Below are positions 59,065-64,000 of a DNA stretch of 64,000 nt, piece after piece. The notes below the pieces were generated by a model, which had not been told where the DNA came from, made no database searches, and was given only the letters and a program-made list of their open reading frames with translations. How positions within the stretch are numbered: position 1 is the first letter of the stretch; each line of letters starts with the position of its first letter. Where the stretch lies: NCBI GenBank assembly GCA_965233585.1, contig CBDDTI010000295.1:96001-160000 (forward strand). The letters run 5' to 3'. Source of the DNA: a bacterium (GTDB taxonomy: Bacteria; SAR324; NAC60-12). The translations under genes and the position numbers were made by a program.

Positions 59065-59334
59065 TTAGGAAATATTTTGTGGAGTTTTAGATTGCACAAC
59101 TTCAAATAGTCGCCAACGTTTCCTACGACTGATTGGACGACATTCAATGATTCTTACAACATCGCCAATTTGACAACTATTTAATTCATCATGTGCCATA
59201 TACTTTTTAGAACGTTTCACAGTCCTCTTATACAAAGGATGTTTGATAACTCTTTCTACTAAAACCAAGATAGATTTGTTAGCCTTATCACTGACGACAG
59301 AACCTTGCTTGATTTTTTTACTTCTTCTATTCAC
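59065..59334 (-). CDS. rpsQ: 30S ribosomal protein S17
   Basis: G.VVSDK, HP.Y and ECRPIS motifs. Confidence 0.98.
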   Translation of the reverse strand: MNRRSKKIKQGSVVSDKANKSILVLVERVIKHPLYKRTVKRSKKYMAHDELNSCQIGDVVRIIECRPISRRKRWRLFEVVQSKTPQNIS

Positions 59335-59534
59335 TGATTTTTACTTTTCAAAAGTTGTTCATTCATAATTGTTTGAATGCGAGCAATATTTCGCCTGCCT
59401 TTTTTGATTTCCTGATGATTTAAAAGCTGACCTGTTGTCAAGTTACAACGCATTCTCAACTGTTCTTCTTGAAGTTCTCCAAGTTTTGCTTTCAATTCTT
59501 TTTGAGATAAACCTCTTAAATCTGATAACTTCAT
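59331..59534 (-). CDS. rpmC: 50S ribosomal protein L29
   Basis: GQL.N...I...RR.IARI.T motif. Confidence 0.95.
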   Translation of the reverse strand: MKLSDLRGLSQKELKAKLGELQEEQLRMRCNLTTGQLLNHQEIKKGRRNIARIQTIMNEQLLKSKNQ

Positions 59535-59947
59535 CTGACTATTTCTCTTTTTAAGATTTGTGTTGGAACAGGCAATTTGAAAGAAGCTTGAAGGAGAGCT
59601 TGTTCTGCATCTTTCATAGAGACGCCATCAATTTCATAAACTACTCTGCCCGGTTTGATGACAGCCACCCATGAATCAACAGAACCTTTGCCTTTGCCCA
59701 TACGAGTTTCAGCAGGTCTTTTCGTGATTGGTTTGTCAGGAAAAATTCTAATCCAAATTTTTCCGCCTCTTTTTAGCTTTCTTGTGATAGTTCGTCTTCC
59801 CGATTCAATTTGTCTTGAATTGATGTACCCTCTACCAACTGCTTGTAAACCTATTTGACCGAATGATATATGGTTACCTGTATTTGAGTTTCCTCCAAGC
59901 CTTCCCTTCATTTTTTTGCGGAATTTGGTTTTTTTAGGCATTAACAT
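59531..59947 (-). CDS. rplP: 50S ribosomal protein L16
   Basis: IFPDKP and RMGKGKG motifs. Confidence 0.99.
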   Translation of the reverse strand: MLMPKKTKFRKKMKGRLGGNSNTGNHISFGQIGLQAVGRGYINSRQIESGRRTITRKLKRGGKIWIRIFPDKPITKRPAETRMGKGKGSVDSWVAVIKPGRVVYEIDGVSMKDAEQALLQASFKLPVPTQILKREIVR

Positions 59948-59949
59948 AA

Positions 59950-60612
59950 CTATCTCTCCTTACGTTTACGAGGTTTAGTTCGCTGCTGTTCAAAATTTTC
60001 TCCACAATAGACCCAAACTTTCACACCAATGAGACCATAATTTGTTAATGCTTCTGTGAAACCATAATCTATTTTGGCTTTGAGAGTGTGCAATCTGACG
60101 CAACCTTCTCTAATCCATTCTTTACGAGCCATCTCTGCACCATTGAGCCTTCCAGAAACTCTAATTTTGCAACCTGCAATTCCAATTTTCATAGCAGAGG
60201 CAATGCTTCTTTTGATAGCTCTACGATATGCGACTCTTCTTTCAAGTTGAGAGGCAATATTTTCTGCCATTAATTGGGCATCAATTTCTGGTCTTTTCAC
60301 TTCTTTGATGTTTATGACAATCTCTTGTTGAGAAAATTTTGTGAGTGTCTTTCGCAGTTTTTCAATTTCATCACCTTTGCGTCCAATGATAATTCCCGGA
60401 CGAGCCGTATGAATGTCAATTTTTGCTTTTCTTGAGTTTCTTTCAATTTCAATTTTTGAAACAGAAGCATTCTTTAACTCTTTTTTAAGAAACTTCTGAA
60501 TTTCTAGGTCTTCTTGAAGTTGCTTTGCGTAACCCTTTTCACTGTACCACTTGGAGTTCCAAGTATGAGTGATTCCTAACCTTAAACTGATTGGATTAAC
60601 TTTTTGTCCCAC
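59950..60612 (-). CDS. rpsC: 30S ribosomal protein S3
   Basis: GQKVNP..LRLG and SGRL.GAE.AR motifs. Confidence 0.99.
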   Translation of the reverse strand: MGQKVNPISLRLGITHTWNSKWYSEKGYAKQLQEDLEIQKFLKKELKNASVSKIEIERNSRKAKIDIHTARPGIIIGRKGDEIEKLRKTLTKFSQQEIVINIKEVKRPEIDAQLMAENIASQLERRVAYRRAIKRSIASAMKIGIAGCKIRVSGRLNGAEMARKEWIREGCVRLHTLKAKIDYGFTEALTNYGLIGVKVWVYCGENFEQQRTKPRKRKER

Positions 60613-60633
60613 AATTCCTCAAAATTTTTAAAT

Positions 60634-60966
60634 TCATTTTCCTACAACTACTGTGATATGTGAACATTGTTTATTAATGCGTGCGCCTCGTCCCATTGCA
60701 CGAGGTCTAAATCTTTTGAAAAGCATGCCTTTATCTGCATACGCTGTCTTGACAAATAATCCATCAACATCAGCAGTTTCATATTTTTGATCATAGTTAG
60801 AGACTGCCGATTTGAGTAATTTTTTGATGATAGGCGATGCTGATTTAGGGATAATATCCAAATAGGCAAAGGCATCATTGACTTGCTTTCCACGAATGAC
60901 GTTCAAAACGATTCGCACTTTTTGAGGCGATATTCTAATATTTTTCGCAACTGCTTTGGCTTCCAT
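60634..60966 (-). CDS. rplV: 50S ribosomal protein L22
   Basis: ISPQKVR and RPRAMGR motifs. Confidence 0.98.
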   Translation of the reverse strand: MEAKAVAKNIRISPQKVRIVLNVIRGKQVNDAFAYLDIIPKSASPIIKKLLKSAVSNYDQKYETADVDGLFVKTAYADKGMLFKRFRPRAMGRGARINKQCSHITVVVGK

Positions 60967-60971
60967 ATTTT

Positions 60972-61250
60972 TTACTTAGAACGTTTATCATTTTTGGTTA
61001 CATGCCCTCGGTAAGTTCTGGTTGGAGAAAATTCTCCAAGTTTGTATCCCACCATCTCTTCTGTAATAAAAACTGGGATAAATTTGTTTCCGTTATGGAC
61101 AGCAATATTCAGTCCAATAAATTCTGGCAGTATGATTGACCGCCTAGACCATGTTTTGATTGCACGACGGTCTTGGTTTTTTTGAGCTAGTTCTACCTTT
61201 TTAAGCAGATGCTTGTCAACGAATGGTCCTTTTTTGAGAGAACGTGGCAT
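60972..61250 (-). CDS. rpsS: 30S ribosomal protein S19
   Basis: RSLKKGPF and KLGEF.PTR motifs. Confidence 0.99.
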   Translation of the reverse strand: MPRSLKKGPFVDKHLLKKVELAQKNQDRRAIKTWSRRSIILPEFIGLNIAVHNGNKFIPVFITEEMVGYKLGEFSPTRTYRGHVTKNDKRSK

Positions 61251-61255
61251 ATAAT

Positions 61256-62083
61256 TTATTTCTTATGTCTTGAGCGAATGATATATTTAGAGGTTCTTTT
61301 AACCTTGCGTGTTTTGTATCCTTTGGTAGGGACACCCCAAGGAGTCACGGGGTGTCTGCCACCAGAAGTGCGCCCTTCACCACCACCATGAGGATGGTCC
61401 ACAGGATTCATTACAACACCTCTTACTGTTGGGCGAAACCCTTTCCAACGTTTCCTGCCAGCTTTGCCCCATTTGATATTTGAATATTCTGAATTTCCAA
61501 CCAAACCGATAGTTGCTAAGCAATTTACTAGTACCTTTCTAATTTCTCCTGATTTGAGTTTAATCTGCGCATATTTTTCATTTCTTGCCATCAACTGCAC
61601 GGAACTACCTGCACTTCTAGCTAACTGAGCTCCTTTTTGGGGGAATAGTTCAACACAATGCACAACTGTTCCAATGGGTATTTTGGAGAGGGGTAACGTG
61701 TTTCCTACGCTAATTTCAGCAGACTCACTTGACACAAGTGTCATTCCAACCTGAAGTCCTTCTGGTGCGACAATGTATCGCTTCTCGCCGTCTAAATATG
61801 AGAGCAAAGCAATATGAGCATTACGGTTCGGATCATATTCTATGGTTGACACCTTTGCAGGAACATTAAATTTATTCCTTTTAAAATCAATCTGACGATA
61901 GCGCCTTTTATGACCTCCTCCACGATGACGAATAGTGATTCTTCCGTCAGAGTTTCTTCCACTAATTCTTTTTAAAGGTTTAAGTAAAGACTTTTCAGGA
62001 GAAGAGGCAGTGAGTTCTTGAAACGTTGCACCGCTCATTCCACGCCTGCCTGCAGATGTTGGTTTATAGTTTCTAATCGCCAT
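61256..62083 (-). CDS. rplB: 50S ribosomal protein L2
   Basis: EYDPNR and [13 protein letters not shown] motifs. Confidence 0.99.
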   Translation of the reverse strand: MAIRNYKPTSAGRRGMSGATFQELTASSPEKSLLKPLKRISGRNSDGRITIRHRGGGHKRRYRQIDFKRNKFNVPAKVSTIEYDPNRNAHIALLSYLDGEKRYIVAPEGLQVGMTLVSSESAEISVGNTLPLSKIPIGTVVHCVELFPQKGAQLARSAGSSVQLMARNEKYAQIKLKSGEIRKVLVNCLATIGLVGNSEYSNIKWGKAGRKRWKGFRPTVRGVVMNPVDHPHGGGEGRTSGGRHPVTPWGVPTKGYKTRKVKRTSKYIIRSRHKK

Positions 62084-62088
62084 GTTTT

Positions 62089-62382
62089 CTAAAATCTGGA
62101 GCTTTCAAAATATTCAATGTTGCTATCTTCTGATAGCTTAATAATGGCTTTCTTGCGTTCTGAAGTATGACCAATAAAGCGACCTCTCCTCTTCTTCTTA
62201 CTTTGGATTTTTGCAGTTCTCACCTGCAACACGGTCACACCGAATGCCTTCTCCATTGTTGCTTTGATTTGTTTTTTATCTGCAGTTTTTGCGACTTCAA
62301 AGACAACTTGATTGTATTCTTCACTTTGCAAAGTTGTCTTTTCAGTAAAACGAGGTTTTCTAATTAGATTATAGTTTGTCAT
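62089..62382 (-). CDS. rplW: 50S ribosomal protein L23
   Basis: P..TEK, F.V...A.K..IK and KKAI motifs. Confidence 0.97.
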   Translation of the reverse strand: MTNYNLIRKPRFTEKTTLQSEEYNQVVFEVAKTADKKQIKATMEKAFGVTVLQVRTAKIQSKKKRRGRFIGHTSERKKAIIKLSEDSNIEYFESSRF

Positions 62383-63002
62383 ATTTTTAACCTTGACTCT
62401 AATTCTGGAATCACTCCTTTTTCAAGAATAATGGTTGAATACTTCAACATTTTGTAAACATTGAGTGAATGGTGATGAATCACCTCAACATTCTGAATAT
62501 TTCTGGAAGCTAACATGAGTTTCTGAGTATGCAAGAGGGTCACAATCAAGGTTTTTTCGCAATTCAGATTTTTTAATGTTTTGCAAAACTCTTTTGTTTT
62601 ATGAGTTTCTAACTCCGCACGTTCCACCACGACAAGGTCTTGACTCCTAATCTTTGTTGCCAATGCTGAAGACAAGGCTTTCTTCAAGACTTTCTTATTG
62701 ATGGATTTTGCAAAGTCTCTGGGTTTAGGACCAAAAACAACCCCCCCCTTCCGCCAAATGGGAGAAGACGTTCTACCTGCTCTGGCACGACCATTGCCTT
62801 TTTGTTTCCAAGGCTTTCTATTACTTGCAGAAACCTGCGAACGAGTTTTGGTAGATGCAGTGCCTTGACGCTGACTTGCTAAATAACAAACGACAGCTTC
62901 TTTAATCAAATGGGGGTAATAAGGAGTTTCAACAATTGAGTCACTAAAGCTGACTTCTCCCACAGATTCTTTTTTCCAGTTGACCACTGATAATGTTGCC
63001 AT
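62379..63002 (-). CDS. rplD: 50S ribosomal protein L4
   Basis: RQGT..TK.R, KPW.QKG.GRAR.G and GG..FGPKPR motifs. Confidence 0.99.
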   Translation of the reverse strand: MATLSVVNWKKESVGEVSFSDSIVETPYYPHLIKEAVVCYLASQRQGTASTKTRSQVSASNRKPWKQKGNGRARAGRTSSPIWRKGGVVFGPKPRDFAKSINKKVLKKALSSALATKIRSQDLVVVERAELETHKTKEFCKTLKNLNCEKTLIVTLLHTQKLMLASRNIQNVEVIHHHSLNVYKMLKYSTIILEKGVIPELESRLKI

Positions 63003-63013
63003 GATGACTTTTA

Positions 63014-63325
63014 CTAATCTTGTTTGATTGCAATATCAACTCCGCCTGAAATATCCAGACGCATCATCGCATCTACAGTTGACGGAGTCGTTTCCAATAT
63101 GTAAATCAATCTCTTGTGAGTACGAATCTCAAATTGTTCACGCGATTTTTTATCTACGTGCGGAGAACGTAAGACCGTATATTTGTTGATGCGGGTCGGC
63201 AAAGGAACAGGTCCTACGATCTTAGCCCCTGTCCTTTTGACTGTGTTGACAATCTCTTGGACTGTTTGATCAAGGAGCTTATCATCATAGGCTTTAAGAC
63301 GAACCTTGATTTTATTTTGACTCAT
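63014..63325 (-). CDS. rpsJ: 30S ribosomal protein S10
   Basis: GPVPLPT and [14 protein letters not shown] motifs. Confidence 0.99.
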   Translation of the reverse strand: MSQNKIKVRLKAYDDKLLDQTVQEIVNTVKRTGAKIVGPVPLPTRINKYTVLRSPHVDKKSREQFEIRTHKRLIYILETTPSTVDAMMRLDISGGVDIAIKQD

Positions 63326-63330
63326 AACTC

Positions 63331-64000
63331 TTACTCAATAATCTCAGTCACGACCCCTGATCCTATCGTTCTTCCTCCTTCACGAATGGCGAATCTCAAT
63401 TCTTTTTCCATTGCAATTGGAGTGATTAGATCAATAGATAATTCTGTATTATCTCCCGGCATAATCATTTCTGTTCCTTCTGCCAGAGTTGTCACTCCTG
63501 TAACATCGGTAGTTCTAAAATAGAATTGAGGACGATAGTTATTAAAAAATGGGGTATGCCTTCCGCCTTCATCTTTAGTCAAAACATAGACTTGAGCCTT
63601 AAACTTCGTGTGAGGAGTAATGGATCCTGGTTTACATAAAACTTGACCTCTTTCTATCTCATCTCGCTTTAGACCTCTCACAAGCAAACCCACATTATCG
63701 CCTGCACGACCTTCGTCCAAAGTTTTACGGAACATTTCTACACCTGTGATGGTTGTTTTTTGTGTGTCACGGATTCCGCAAACTTCAACTTCCTCACCTG
63801 TTTTAATGATTCCTCTTTCAATCCGACCTGTTGCAACTGTTCCCCTACCTGAAATAGTAAAGACATCTTCAACAGACATGAGGAAATCCTTATCTAAATC
63901 TCTCTTAGGTTCTGGAATGTTTGTGTCAACAGCTTTCATCAACTCTATGATACATTTGTATTCTTCTGAGCTTGGATCAGTGGAGCTGGACTCCATGACT
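63331..64000 (-). CDS. tuf: Elongation factor Tu (5'-partial; continues beyond the window)
   Basis: [31 protein letters not shown] and FAIREGGRT motifs. Confidence 0.99.
   Translation of the reverse strand, partial: VMESSSTDPSSEEYKCIIELMKAVDTNIPEPKRDLDKDFLMSVEDVFTISGRGTVATGRIERGIIKTGEEVEVCGIRDTQKTTITGVEMFRKTLDEGRAGDNVGLLVRGLKRDEIERGQVLCKPGSITPHTKFKAQVYVLTKDEGGRHTPFFNNYRPQFYFRTTDVTGVTTLAEGTEMIMPGDNTELSIDLITPIAMEKELRFAIREGGRTIGSGVVTEIIE

Overview
Bacterial chromosomal window with low to moderate GC. The split F1-b/b' atp operon, DUF3015 pair and flagellin style suggest a former-Deltaproteobacteria lineage (e.g. SAR324-like); this is inference only. From left to right: (1) 1-4.5 kb: C-terminus of a probable S41-type protease, a truncated ABC permease, ProX, a MoaD/CysO plus cysteine synthase pair, and a PspC-domain gene. 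(2) 4.7-10.7 kb accessory patch: an intact IS1-family element with 8-bp target duplication, a lipoprotein gene with a 17x heptamer repeat, a HEAT-repeat protein, two tandem Rpn (PD-(D/E)XK) genes, and a RelE-like TA-like pair with a decayed duplicate. (3) 10.9-23 kb housekeeping: FGE-domain protein, queC, ftsQ, murB, rsfS, phoU, LOG, L,D-transpeptidase, putA and an OM barrel. (4) 23.1-40.1 kb, a minus-strand filament locus: six flagellins, one degenerate flagellin paralog, two fliS and a 1093-aa fliD, headed by tandem sigma28 promoters. Several leaders carry ATGGA-loop (CsrA-type) hairpins, two intergenic arrays of four ~170-bp GGA-rich repeats separate the near-identical flagellins, and one terminator is triplicated. 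(5) A second IS1-family element, a DUF3015 pair, cutA, atpF'FHAGDC and an orphan recB-like gene. (6) The alpha/spc/S10 ribosomal operons and partial tuf, with rplC (L3) absent between rpsJ and rplD. The best candidate for an undescribed system is the flagellin array with its GGA-rich repeat arrays, possibly a cis-encoded CsrA sponge or attenuator. This is a hypothesis and is untested.
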